From Thermoproteota archaeon (GTDB taxonomy: Archaea > Korarchaeota > Korarchaeia > Korarchaeales > Korarchaeaceae): a stretch of 64,000 nucleotides of DNA. Shown here piece after piece: positions 37,606-47,129 of the stretch; within the stretch, counting starts at the first letter, position 1; the number at the start of each line of letters is the position of its first letter. The notes beneath the pieces were generated by a model. The model did no database searches. It was not told where the DNA came from and saw nothing but the letters and a program-made list of their open reading frames with translations. Both the position numbers and the translations under genes were made by a program. The DNA lies in assembly GCA_027491915.1 (NCBI GenBank), contig JAOZGC010000002.1, positions 96,001 to 160,000 of the forward strand. Reading direction: 5' to 3'.

Positions 37606-39067
37606 GGCCCACCGCCCTCCCCACGGGGAATTTCCTCAGGAACGCTAGATCCTGGGAGTGTAATTGCCTTATGTCCCCTATTCCAAGCTTCACCATGGCC
37701 AGCCTCCCTATTCCTATCCCCCACGCCAGGGCCTGGACCTTCGGATAGTCATACCCCATTGGTATCAGTATCTCCGGCCTGAAGAGTCCGGATCCGGCTA
37801 TCTCTATCCATCCGAGCCTGGGGTGCCTGACATAAGCCTCCACGCTCGGTTCGGTGAAGGGGAAGTAGGCTGGCCTGAACATGACCTCCCCAAAACCCAG
37901 CCTCTTGGCGAACTCCTCCAGGTAGCCGAGCAAGTGCCTGACGTTCAACCCCTCCGCGAGGACCACTCCCTCACACTGGTGGAACTCCATGGAATGGGTT
38001 CTGTCCAGGGCCTCCGGCCTGAACACCCTGTCTATCGCGAATATCTTCAGCGGGGGGTTCGGAGTTCCGGCCAGCGTCCTGGCCGACGCCGCGGTCATCT
38101 GAGACCTGAGGATGAGTCTCCTGGCGATATCGAAGTCCCACTCGTAGCCCCATCCGGTAGATCCCGTTCCCTCACCAGTCTCGTGCGCCCTCTTAATCTT
38201 CTCCACCAATTTCAGATCCTTAATATCGGCCGGACCCGCGGGAACCGACACGGCGTAGGAATCGTGGACCTCTCTGGCCGGATGATCCTGAGCCTGGAAC
38301 AACGCGTCGAAATTCCAGAATTCGGCCTCAACTATGGGGCTCTTCACCTCAAGAAATCCCATCCCAACCAGTATCTCTCTGACCTCGTCTAAGAACTCCA
38401 CGTAGGGATGCGGCTTTCCCGGGTAGACGGTCGGGGGCATGGAGGTGACGTCATATGCCTTGATCTCTACCTCTCTCCACCTTCCACTCTCTATGAGTTC
38501 TCTACTTAGTCTCGCAACCTCTCTCCTGACGGTCAACCTGCCGGATAGGACTGCCTCACCTAGGTCCGTGATCTCCAGGTACACCTCCTTGCTCTCGTCT
38601 ATCTCTACCAGTCCCCTCTTGACTAGTTCCCTCACGACATCTGTTGGGAGATCCCCCTCTTCCGCCACCCCTCCTTTGAGCCTGTCGAGCGCCTCCCTGA
38701 GGGGGTATTCATCTGGGATCTCCTTGAGCGCAACGACTACCCCGCTCCCCACCCTCTCCAGCCTAACCCACCCCCTCTTTTTTGCGATCCCAAGGGCGAC
38801 GTTGAACTCCTCCCCCGACCCGGGGAAATCCTTCCTGATCTCGTCGATCTTCCTGGCCTCACCGATTGATAAGATTTTGAGAAGCTTCTCCTCTGGAAGG
38901 CCAGAGTCGGCCGCCTCCCTGCCCCTGTCGGTGAGTTTCAAGAACTTCCGCGCCTTAACAGATATCCTGACGAGCCCCTTCTCCTCGAGCAGTCGACCGA
39001 GGGCGGCGGCAGATTCCCTCCCGAGGGAGAATGCGTCGGCGGGCAGGAACCCCCCGCGGAAGCTCAC
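37592..39067 (-). CDS. pheS: phenylalanine--tRNA ligase alpha subunit (true start may lie upstream)
   Basis: WNFDALFQAQDHPARE, RVFRPE..DRTHSMEFHQ, YFPFTEPS, AWGIGIGRLAM. Confidence 0.95.
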   Translation of the reverse strand: MSFRGGFLPADAFSLGRESAAALGRLLEEKGLVRISVKARKFLKLTDRGREAADSGLPEEKLLKILSIGEARKIDEIRKDFPGSGEEFNVALGIAKKRGWVRLERVGSGVVVALKEIPDEYPLREALDRLKGGVAEEGDLPTDVVRELVKRGLVEIDESKEVYLEITDLGEAVLSGRLTVRREVARLSRELIESGRWREVEIKAYDVTSMPPTVYPGKPHPYVEFLDEVREILVGMGFLEVKSPIVEAEFWNFDALFQAQDHPAREVHDSYAVSVPAGPADIKDLKLVEKIKRAHETGEGTGSTGWGYEWDFDIARRLILRSQMTAASARTLAGTPNPPLKIFAIDRVFRPEALDRTHSMEFHQCEGVVLAEGLNVRHLLGYLEEFAKRLGFGEVMFRPAYFPFTEPSVEAYVRHPRLGWIEIAGSGLFRPEILIPMGYDYPKVQALAWGIGIGRLAMVKLGIGDIRQLHSQDLAFLRKFPVGRAVGLAGD

Positions 39068-39186
39068 CTCCTTGAGTAGACGGTGCTCCCCGTCGGTCAG
39101 CCGTATAGCCTCTCTCCCGCCCTCCCCCGAAACAATAAGGACTCACCAGAACGGCCTGCCCTCTCCGAATTATAAAAAGTCTGCTC

Positions 39187-40230
39187 TCACGGCTCCGGCC
39201 TGGCCAGGTATACGTTGTCCTTATTCCTCAATATCCTGACGCGGACCTCGGCGCCGATCGGTATCCCCAAAGCCGAGACCACGGTCACCACCCTGTCCCT
39301 CGCCACGCCCAGGACCTCACCCCTCCTCCACCCAGGCGCCACCACCCTCACCAAGACCTTCTCCCCCACCTCCATGGTCTTGGGGACCTCCCTGTCCTTC
39401 TTTATCCCGAAGTCTCCCGGCTCGAGAACCAACTTCACGCCGTACTTCTCCTCCCACCTGCGCAAGGCCCGGTAGAAATCTCTCCACCTCATGGGTCTGA
39501 CTCCCGGAGGTCTCCTGCCGTGGCGGTGCTCCTCGTACTTCTGTATCCCGAGGGGAGGCCACCTCTTACCGGCGCCTATATCCAGCGCGAACTCTATTAT
39601 TTTCGGGATGTCCTTGTCGTTTACTCCCGGCACCCAGACGGGGGCAATCAACAGATCGACCTCACTATTTGCCAGCACTTTGGCGAATTCAATCACCCTG
39701 CTGACGTCGTACGAGCTGGTCCCCGCGAGGAGGCGGGCCTTCGCTGGGTTCAGGCTGTCGATGCTGAGGTTGACCCTATCGACCCCTGACTCCTCCAGCC
39801 TCTCAACGTCTCCCGGCCCCAGCAGGATACCATGGGTCTGGGTTGAGACCACGGCAGTTTCTTTCTTATTTTTCAACTCTCTGAATAATTCATATATACG
39901 AGGGTAGGTGAAAGGGTCTCCGACGGTATCCACGTGGGCCTCCAACCTCCCCGAGACTTTGATCGATGCGACCAGATCGTACCATTCAAGCAGGTAATCC
40001 AGGTCCACCAAGTACTCGGCCGCGCGCGTCCTGCTTCGGGGTCCGGCGTCGGTCGAGCAAAAAATGCATGACATGGAGCACGAGCTCGAAGGCCTAACCT
40101 GTATGAGTGAAGTTCCCCTATCTATTACTCCAAAGGCCACCGTTCCAATCAGCGGAATCCCGGATCTATCAGATATCCTAACTATCTGCAGATCTCCCGC
40201 CGCGTCTCGGAGGAGAAACTTCCCATTCAC
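39187..40230 (-). CDS. radical SAM protein with C-terminal TRAM domain (COG2100-like)
   Basis: IPLIG..FGVIDRGTSLIQVRP, CSMSCIFCSTD, IAPVWVPGVND, GIQKY. Confidence 0.88.
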   Translation of the reverse strand: MNGKFLLRDAAGDLQIVRISDRSGIPLIGTVAFGVIDRGTSLIQVRPSSSCSMSCIFCSTDAGPRSRTRAAEYLVDLDYLLEWYDLVASIKVSGRLEAHVDTVGDPFTYPRIYELFRELKNKKETAVVSTQTHGILLGPGDVERLEESGVDRVNLSIDSLNPAKARLLAGTSSYDVSRVIEFAKVLANSEVDLLIAPVWVPGVNDKDIPKIIEFALDIGAGKRWPPLGIQKYEEHRHGRRPPGVRPMRWRDFYRALRRWEEKYGVKLVLEPGDFGIKKDREVPKTMEVGEKVLVRVVAPGWRRGEVLGVARDRVVTVVSALGIPIGAEVRVRILRNKDNVYLARPEP

Positions 40231-41018
40231 CCCTCAGTCCACCCTCCGGGTCGCTCTTCGCCGCCGGCAGGTCCGACGGATCCAAGGACCTCTGTCGTTA
40301 TCTCGCGTATTATGTCCTCCTCCGGCCTATCATCTTCCAATAGCTGATACCTGTCGTAGCCCTCCTTCCTCTCTTCCCCTCCCAATTCTCGGGCGGACAG
40401 GGATATGGCCCTCCTGAGCGGGTGCATCTCCACCTCGACGGCGGCCCTCGCCAGGTTCTCCATAGTGGCCTCCTGAAGAATCAATTTTGATCCGTCCCGC
40501 AACACAATAACCGTTCTGGCGTGCTTGTGACCCTCCGGTACCCCTATTAGCACCTTTTTGACGTCTCTGTTTTTGATCACCAGTGAGAAAGGTTTCCTGA
40601 TCTCTTCTATCAATTTCCTGGTTCCGTCGGTTAGCATTAGATGGAGGGAATCCTCCAGCCTTGTCCACCTGACCTCCTTGGCATCGCCGCCCGGCCTCAG
40701 GGATCCCCCCACCCTCCTGCAGAGGTAGTCCACTATGACGTAGTGGTATCTTACCCTCCCCTCCCCGTCCACCTCCACGTAATCGAAGGCGTAGATCGGT
40801 CTCTCCGCGGCGACCCTCAGCCCCGTCTCCTCCGAGACCTCGCGCTCAACAGCCTCGTCCAGCCTCTCCCCCAACCTCACCAGGCCGCCTGGTATGGACC
40901 AGAGCCCCTTCCCCGGTTCGTTCTTCCTCCTGATCAGTAAAATCTTGTTATCTTCCAGGAGGACTCCGCCCACCCCAACCAACGGGACGTCAGGATACTC
41001 CCTCCTCAGGCCCCTCAC
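40227..41018 (-). CDS. Nudix hydrolase fused to an uncharacterised C-terminal domain
   Basis: PGGLVRLGERLDEAVEREVSEETGL Nudix box; extra roughly 110 aa (GHKHART..LQEAT..HP..KEGY..YQLLE). Confidence 0.85.
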   Translation of the reverse strand: MRGLRREYPDVPLVGVGGVLLEDNKILLIRRKNEPGKGLWSIPGGLVRLGERLDEAVEREVSEETGLRVAAERPIYAFDYVEVDGEGRVRYHYVIVDYLCRRVGGSLRPGGDAKEVRWTRLEDSLHLMLTDGTRKLIEEIRKPFSLVIKNRDVKKVLIGVPEGHKHARTVIVLRDGSKLILQEATMENLARAAVEVEMHPLRRAISLSARELGGEERKEGYDRYQLLEDDRPEEDIIREITTEVLGSVGPAGGEERPGGWTEG

Positions 41019-41866
41019 CTCCCAGGGAATGTCTCCTCCAGCAGGATCTTCTTGGCGGCCCCTATGGCCGTCGCGTACGCAGCCAGTCTGGGCACCCTCC
41101 CCCTCCCGCCGAACAGCGATATGGTCCTGATGATGGCGTTCGCCACAAGTGGGTACTCCACCAACCTACCGACTAACACTATCCTATCTTCCAACCCCTC
41201 AGACTTTGCCGCGAAGTAGGAGACGGTGCCGACGACCTCCGATATCATGTTTACTATCCCTATGGCCGCATCCTCGGGTCTCGTTTGATCTCCCACCTTG
41301 CCGAAGTTAGACGCCGTCGTATCAGGGGGGAGGTCCCCTATCCCCCTCCCTACGATCTCCCCTATGGATAGGTCGACCCTGCCGAGATCGCCCTCCTCGG
41401 CCATCCTCAATATGCTCTCAGGTTCCGTCTTATTCAGTATGAGCCTGCCAAGGCCCATTAAGGTTCCGCCCCCGACGCCGGTCCCGCCTACGTGCTTGAC
41501 TCTGATCCCACCCCTTCCCCTCCAGGCCGCGACCACCGCGGTCCCCGTGCCCACGCTGACCACGGCCGCGGCGTCGGAGCTCGATAGATAACACCCGCCT
41601 ATCCCTATTCCCTCCACCTCCTCTACCTTGGACACGGGAAGGCCCAGTATCTTCCCCCCAATGAAGTTGGCTCCTCCCCCACTGGCCGATATGGCCTCGA
41701 TCTCTTTCAAGCCGATTCCGGCCTCCGTCAGCAGCTTACCAACCGCGCCGGACGCCGACGCTATGGGATCCGACGCCCTGACGTCTGTGTATCCCTCCAC
41801 CCCCCTCTCGCTGAAAAGAACCGCCTTGGTGGTGCTGCCCCCGACGTCCAACCCTATTACCAGCAA
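41015..41866 (-). CDS. type II (Fumble/CoaW-like) pantothenate kinase
   Basis: GLDVGGSTTK, SGGGA, VSVGTGT, HVGGTGVGGGTLMGL, GD...VDL.I.EI, ASNFGK, YATAIGA. Confidence 0.82.
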   Translation of the reverse strand: MLVIGLDVGGSTTKAVLFSERGVEGYTDVRASDPIASASGAVGKLLTEAGIGLKEIEAISASGGGANFIGGKILGLPVSKVEEVEGIGIGGCYLSSSDAAAVVSVGTGTAVVAAWRGRGGIRVKHVGGTGVGGGTLMGLGRLILNKTEPESILRMAEEGDLGRVDLSIGEIVGRGIGDLPPDTTASNFGKVGDQTRPEDAAIGIVNMISEVVGTVSYFAAKSEGLEDRIVLVGRLVEYPLVANAIIRTISLFGGRGRVPRLAAYATAIGAAKKILLEETFPGR

Positions 41867-41873
41867 TCGAGGG

Positions 41874-42563
41874 TCACCTTGCCGTCTCCAGGACCTTGAC
41901 CAGGGGCGGGCCGAGGAGGATTATGAATGGTATCTCCGAAGAGTAGGTCCACAGGAACCACAGCGCGGCCGCGGCGGCGGGCAGATTCGACTCCCCGGTT
42001 GGCAGCACGAAGAACTGACTGAAAGTCCAGACTCCGGCCCCTATAACGGCGCTGCCCAGCATGAGACCTATGGATCCGGCCAGGAAGAAGTCCACCCACC
42101 TTCCCCTCCACCTGCCGACCAAGACTATCAGGATCGTTGAGATTCCGCAGGCGATCGCGTAAGCCGCGGCCACCGGATCCTGGGTGAGGAACCAAATCGT
42201 TCCAGAGGCCGTCAGCGGCAGGATCTGGACCGTTATCGCCGCGGCTAGTTGATTTTCCCCCTTGATCCTGTTGTAGATCCATCCCATGGTGTAGAAGCCC
42301 AAGAAGTTGGCCGGAACGCCCACGATTAGGCTTAGCAGGGCGTTCCCGTGTATCAACATGTCGGAGACGAATATGCCCACGGCGGCCCCCAACCCACCGA
42401 CCGTCGGACCGAAGACTGCGGAAAACGATGCCGGAATAACGACGGACGGCCAAAACCGGACCACGCCGAAGATCGGCGCGAAAATCCCGAGGTAAGTCAT
42501 GTACCCCACCGCGGCGTACAGGGCGGCGTTGACCCCGGCGAGCGAGACCTCCCTAGTGTCCAT
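41874..42563 (-). CDS. ECF transporter S component
   Basis: MDTREVSLAGVNAALYAA, VRFWPSVVIP..FGP.VGG..AAVGIFVSD; multiple TM helices. Confidence 0.8.
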   Translation of the reverse strand: MDTREVSLAGVNAALYAAVGYMTYLGIFAPIFGVVRFWPSVVIPASFSAVFGPTVGGLGAAVGIFVSDMLIHGNALLSLIVGVPANFLGFYTMGWIYNRIKGENQLAAAITVQILPLTASGTIWFLTQDPVAAAYAIACGISTILIVLVGRWRGRWVDFFLAGSIGLMLGSAVIGAGVWTFSQFFVLPTGESNLPAAAAALWFLWTYSSEIPFIILLGPPLVKVLETAR

Positions 42564-42583
42564 CGGTCGGACCGCACCCTCAG

Positions 42584-42629
42584 AAATAAATATTTATTTT
42601 CTATATAAGAGTAAGATATCTATATAGAT
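42584..42629. promoter_or_regulatory. AT-rich divergent promoter with two perfect palindromes
   Basis: AAATAAATATTTATTT (42584-42599) and ATCTATATAGAT (42618-42629). Confidence 0.5.
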
Positions 42630-42638
42630 GGGGAGATA

Positions 42639-43637
42639 TTGGAGGGCGTGAGGCAGATCCGCAAGGTCCAAGAGGTTGGAGGGGGCACCCTGGTAATCTC
42701 CCTTCCCAAGGAGTGGGCCGTAAGGGTCGGCCTCCAGAAGGGGTCTGAGGTCGTTGCCCAAGAGGCTCCTGGGGGGTTACTCTTGATCTATCCACTTTCT
42801 GCCACCGTCCGGATCGGGTGTTCGGCCCGGCACGTCCCTGGCCAAGTCGGGAACACTTTGGACTCCATACTGGAGGCGTACCTCGAAGGCTGCGACGTGC
42901 TGGAAGTGGAATGTTCCGGTCGCCTGGGGCTGGAGGACAGGAGAGCGATCAAAAAACTTCTGGCTTCTCTGGTGGGCTCCGAGATAGTTGAAGAGGGAGA
43001 GGGCATCCTGAAGGTTCAGTTCCTCGTTGACTTGGACGCCACCGATCCACACGGGCTGCTGGAGAGGATGATAAGATCGGCCGGCAACATGCTCCTGGAC
43101 GCCATAACCGCAATCTCCCTCGGAGACAATGAGCTTGCGAATTTGGTGATCGAGAGAGACGATGAGATAGACAGAACTTACTTTCTACTAGTTCGTGCTC
43201 TGAGGAAGGCGGCCCAAGACGTTAGGGCCCTTGCGAGGGCCAGGTTGTCCCCCATGATTCTACTGGATCTGAGGGTGGCCGCCCTGATCGCCGAGGGCAT
43301 AGCCGATATGGCGGTTGACGTTGCCTCCCTGGCCAGGAAAGGGGTGAGAGTCGACATAATTGACCTGAAACTTCCCTTCAAGACCCTCTTCTCACTGCTG
43401 GCCCCCATCTCCAGGGGGCGCGGGACCGACAGCAGGGTCGAGAGGATACGCGAGATCAACAGGCTGATATCCGACCGGCTGCTGAGGATGGTGGAGGAAG
43501 GAGGGGGTGGGACCATGGAGGCCGTCGTCGCTGAGAAGCTGATGGCCTCCTCCAGGGCCGCGCTAGATCTGGCGGATCTGTTCCCCTCGAGAGGGGTCCT
43601 CCTAATGAGATCTCGGGCGGAACCGGAAGGATATTAA
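42639..43637 (+). CDS. phoU: phosphate uptake regulator (AbrB + PhoU domains)
   Basis: RKVQEVGGGTLVISLPKEW, AYLEG.D, ERDDEIDRTYFL, E.IAD. Confidence 0.85.
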   Translation: MEGVRQIRKVQEVGGGTLVISLPKEWAVRVGLQKGSEVVAQEAPGGLLLIYPLSATVRIGCSARHVPGQVGNTLDSILEAYLEGCDVLEVECSGRLGLEDRRAIKKLLASLVGSEIVEEGEGILKVQFLVDLDATDPHGLLERMIRSAGNMLLDAITAISLGDNELANLVIERDDEIDRTYFLLVRALRKAAQDVRALARARLSPMILLDLRVAALIAEGIADMAVDVASLARKGVRVDIIDLKLPFKTLFSLLAPISRGRGTDSRVERIREINRLISDRLLRMVEEGGGGTMEAVVAEKLMASSRAALDLADLFPSRGVLLMRSRAEPEGY

Positions 43638-43660
43638 CTGTTATATCTCTCCCCGCGCCC

Positions 43661-44200
43661 GTGCGCGGGAGACCCCGGAGGGCCCTAATGATCGGCAGGT
43701 TTCAACCCTTCCACTTGGGTCACCTCAAAGCTGTGGAGTACGTGCTCTCTCAATCCGAGGAGTTGGTCATAGGCCTAGGAAGCTCTCAATACAAACGGAC
43801 CCCCAGGAATCCCCTCTCTACGGACGAGAGATACGAGATGATCGTGAGGGTGATGAGGTCCGTCGAGATAGATCTTTCCAAGGTCTTCCTGGTTCCGATC
43901 CCAGACACTGAGTCCCGAGAGGAGAGCTGGGGGTCCATAGTCCTGGATAGGATTCCCAGGGTCGACGTCGCTTACACGAACGATCGGGAGACCAGGATCG
44001 ACCTGGAGGCCGTGGGAATGGAGGTCTTTCCCATTCCCCTGTATCGCAGGGATATACTGTCGGCCACTAACATAAGGAGGTTGGCGGCGAGCGGCAACTC
44101 CCTGTGGAGGCAGTTCGTCCCGGACCCCGTGGCCTCCTTCTTGGACGAGATAGATTTTGAGGGGATTATGAGAGATATCACCGAAGGCGGTAAATCCTGA
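43661..44200 (+). CDS. nicotinamide-nucleotide adenylyltransferase
   Basis: IGRFQPFHLGH, GSSQ..NP...ER, SATNIR, W..VP. Confidence 0.92.
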   Translation: MRGRPRRALMIGRFQPFHLGHLKAVEYVLSQSEELVIGLGSSQYKRTPRNPLSTDERYEMIVRVMRSVEIDLSKVFLVPIPDTESREESWGSIVLDRIPRVDVAYTNDRETRIDLEAVGMEVFPIPLYRRDILSATNIRRLAASGNSLWRQFVPDPVASFLDEIDFEGIMRDITEGGKS

Positions 44201-45803
44201 GGACACCCCTCTCCAGGGCCTCCGAGATCCTCCTGCCGTAAGGCCCCCTCTTGGCCAGGGATATTCTTCCCCTGGAATCGGTGACGAACCTGCCTATCTC
44301 ACCGCCCTCATCCCTGATGGAAACCTCAATCGAGGCATTCTCCGGTCCCAAATCAACCACTAGGATGTGTTTTTTCCTCCTGATGCTATACCTGAGACCT
44401 GCCTCCTCCTCGGCCCCCTCGACGTGCCCGCGTCTCACCCGGGAGGGGCCCCCCCTACCGAGGGGCATCACAACTATCTCGTCGCCGAACTTGTATATCT
44501 CGTATTCCGGCCTCCCCGTCTCGAAATCGCTTACGGTCACCACCGGCCTGGCCAGAGAGGGATCCCTCATTCCGGTCGGCAGCTTGACGGATATCCTGAG
44601 ACCGTATACTTTCTCGACCTTTCCACCTTGAATGAAGATAACCGTGTCCACCACGTGCGGCAGGACGCCCAGGTCCACCCTCCCTATGAACCTCTGAATT
44701 GCCTCTATCGGCGATCCGCAGTGCACCACCCCCACCATTCCTATCCCAGCCAACCTCATGTCGGTGAATATGGAGAAGTCCTCATCCCTTCTCATCTCGT
44801 CGAAGGCGACGTAATCCGGCCTGACCAGGAGGAGGAGATCTACGGTGTTGGCGAAGCTCCCGTCCAACCTGCCGTACTGAGTGACCTCCGGCCCAACCAT
44901 CAGGTCCCTGGGCGACTCGAGAGTCTTCACTATCTTACCCATCGACCTGTAGAACTCGATCAACGCGCTGGTGAACGTGGTTTTCCCGGATCCCGGGGGG
45001 CCGGCGATGATCAACCCCTCCGCCCGCAGGGAGAGCCTCTCCCTGAGCCTATCGCTCAGGTCGTAGTCGTCCAGCGTCACCCTGACCAGCGGCCTGACGG
45101 CGGTGATCTCTATGCCGTTAGAAAAGGGTGGGAACGCCACCAGAATCCTGTACTCCCCCATCTGAATCACGTAGGCATCCCTCCTCTTGACCTCTAGGAA
45201 GGCCTCCGGATCGAGCTTCGCAGTCTCTATCACCCAATAAGCAAGTCTTCTCATCTCTTCCGACCGTAAGGGCTCTTCTCTCAGCTTGACCAGTTTGAAT
45301 TCTCCCGGTCTGCCCATCTTCGCCATGGGAGGGGCTCCTTCCTTGAGGTGGACGCTCATGACCCCGGGTTCGAAGAAATCTCTGACGTCCCCCGCCGCGC
45401 AGATCGAGCCCGCGTACGTCACCTTTACTCCCCTGTTCTTCAGCACGAGCGCCCTGACTCCATCTCCCGTCAGTACCCTGGCGCCGTTCTCCATGGCCAG
45501 GGAGATCAGGGCGTCCGTTCCCTTCTTCCCCGACTTCGTCTCAGCTATCTCAAATCTCAACACCTTACCCTCTGCCTCCATCCTCCTTAGATCATCTATC
45601 TCGGCCAGGCCCACCAGGGCCCTCTTGTCTCCCAACCTGGCCGACCTCTCAAATTCCGCCACCACGTAGTCCGGGATCAGGATCTCCCTTCCCGAGATGT
45701 GGCTGACCAGGCTCTCGTCCTTCAGGAGGGAGTTGAGCAGAACGTACTCGTCCAGCACCACCCTATCAGGTTCGGCCTGGGAGCCCCCCCCAGCCGCCCT
45801 CAT
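44178..45803 (-). CDS. PIN-domain + PilT-type ATPase (PINA/PINc-VapC ATPase family)
   Basis: PIN-like N-terminus; MSVHLKEG, EITAVRP, AGPPGSGKTTF, ESPRDL, RPDY..FDEMR, DMRLAGIGMVGVVH. Confidence 0.9.
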   Translation of the reverse strand: MRAAGGGSQAEPDRVVLDEYVLLNSLLKDESLVSHISGREILIPDYVVAEFERSARLGDKRALVGLAEIDDLRRMEAEGKVLRFEIAETKSGKKGTDALISLAMENGARVLTGDGVRALVLKNRGVKVTYAGSICAAGDVRDFFEPGVMSVHLKEGAPPMAKMGRPGEFKLVKLREEPLRSEEMRRLAYWVIETAKLDPEAFLEVKRRDAYVIQMGEYRILVAFPPFSNGIEITAVRPLVRVTLDDYDLSDRLRERLSLRAEGLIIAGPPGSGKTTFTSALIEFYRSMGKIVKTLESPRDLMVGPEVTQYGRLDGSFANTVDLLLLVRPDYVAFDEMRRDEDFSIFTDMRLAGIGMVGVVHCGSPIEAIQRFIGRVDLGVLPHVVDTVIFIQGGKVEKVYGLRISVKLPTGMRDPSLARPVVTVSDFETGRPEYEIYKFGDEIVVMPLGRGGPSRVRRGHVEGAEEEAGLRYSIRRKKHILVVDLGPENASIEVSIRDEGGEIGRFVTDSRGRISLAKRGPYGRRISEALERGVLRIYRLR

Positions 45804-45888
45804 GCCGCTTGCCCCCCACTTAGACGCGGGCCGCCGCCCCGAAACGGGCCCACCCTAGACGAATCGGTCTCGCGCGTTCCAATACCCC

Positions 45889-46464
45889 TCAGAACAACTC
45901 CCCCTCCAGGAGGGTCTTCGGGGCGACGAAGATGTAATAATTCTCCTTGCCAGAGATCTCGCTCATGACCCGAGCTGCCAGGGCAGAAACCGGATTCTTC
46001 ATCCCGGTTCTCTCCTCCAGATCGGAGTAGCTGGAGAAGGGTCTCTCTTCCCTGGCCTCCAATATGCGCCCCAGCATCTTTTTGCCGACCCCGGGAATAA
46101 GCTCCAGTTGATGCAGTCTCCTCGTTATTGGGACTGCCTGATTGAAAAACTCTATGAAGAAAGCCTCCCCCTCTGTGAGTATCCTCCTAACCGCGTCCTC
46201 GAGACTCTGCCTCGCCGACGGATGGAGCTCCTCATAGTCTAGATACCTCAAGAATCTGCTGACCTCCTCCCTCGGTCCCCTCCCCACGTAGACCTTCTGT
46301 CCCTCCTCAACCTCGACACCCTGCCTGAGGGAGAACTCCATCAATATGAAGTACCTGTCTCCTATTACCTGGACCACCCGCCTCCTGGATACCTCCACCC
46401 CCAGCACGTAGGCCCAGTTATCGTGGGGTCTCTTTTTCCCGCTAGAATACCTCCACAAGATCAA
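45889..46464 (-). CDS. DUF655 putative nucleic-acid-binding protein
   Basis: VQVIGDRYFILME, FFNQA.PIT.RLHQLELIPGVGKK. Confidence 0.9.
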   Translation of the reverse strand: MILWRYSSGKKRPHDNWAYVLGVEVSRRRVVQVIGDRYFILMEFSLRQGVEVEEGQKVYVGRGPREEVSRFLRYLDYEELHPSARQSLEDAVRRILTEGEAFFIEFFNQAVPITRRLHQLELIPGVGKKMLGRILEAREERPFSSYSDLEERTGMKNPVSALAARVMSEISGKENYYIFVAPKTLLEGELF

Positions 46465-46799
46465 TCGCCCTCCTTTAGGGTCCTTAGGATCTCCAGTATC
46501 CTCGAGTACGCCTCGTCTCCCAGAAGCGGGTAGGACTTGTAGAGGAAAACTCTCAACTCATCTTTGGTCTCGGGTATCACGTTAACCAGATTTATGGCGT
46601 CCTCCTCATCTAGATTGAACTCCTCAACCAGTCTGTTCACCGCGGCCCTAGCCGCCTCGGCGTCCTCCACCTTGACGAACTTCGCCAGGTACTCCATGAG
46701 CCTCTTCTGATCAGAAGTCAGTGATGCCTGCTCGGACGCCCATCGTGAGAAGACGAGAGCCTTAACTTCTGAGAGGGTCAGGGGCCTCTTGTTGGGCAA
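46461..46799 (-). CDS. rpoF: RNA polymerase subunit F (Rpo4)
   Basis: LTLSEVK, EYLAKF, AINLVNVIPETKDELR; L21e-rpoF-DUF655 synteny. Confidence 0.9.
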   Translation of the reverse strand: MPNKRPLTLSEVKALVFSRWASEQASLTSDQKRLMEYLAKFVKVEDAEAARAAVNRLVEEFNLDEEDAINLVNVIPETKDELRVFLYKSYPLLGDEAYSRILEILRTLKEGD

Positions 46800-46802
46800 G
46801 CT

Positions 46803-47129
46803 TCAACCCTCTCTCCAACTCACCGGCTCGCGATGTGGTCTCAGGTGGACGGGCGAGACTATGAGGTGCTTTAACTTCTTCCCGAGCCTCACGTCCACCA
46901 GGTAGGCGCCCCCCCTCCTGCCGGTCACCACCCCAACCTTCCCTTGATACCTCCTGTGGGGCATTCCCCTCCTCTCAGAGGGGGTCACGTCTATCACAAC
47001 CTTCTGGCCGACCTCGAACCTCTGAAGGTACCTAGATACCGGGGGCATCCCCTTCTCCCTCGGGCCCTTCTTCAGGAACTTCCTGGATTTATGTAGGTAT
47101 CCCGCCGACCTCTTCCCCAAGAAACTCAC
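46803..47129 (-). CDS. rpl21e: 50S ribosomal protein L21e
   Basis: GMPHRRYQGKVG, PVHL. Confidence 0.95.
   Translation of the reverse strand: MSFLGKRSAGYLHKSRKFLKKGPREKGMPPVSRYLQRFEVGQKVVIDVTPSERRGMPHRRYQGKVGVVTGRRGGAYLVDVRLGKKLKHLIVSPVHLRPHREPVSWREG

Noticed and set aside
44178-45803. PIN domain as a VapC toxin
   Set aside because: It is the N-terminal domain of the conserved archaeal PIN-ATPase, and there is no antitoxin partner
45804-45888. GC-rich spacer with GGGCC/GGCCC pairing between the PIN-ATPase and DUF655 genes
   Set aside because: No C/D, K-turn or ACA signature; short GC stems are expected by chance
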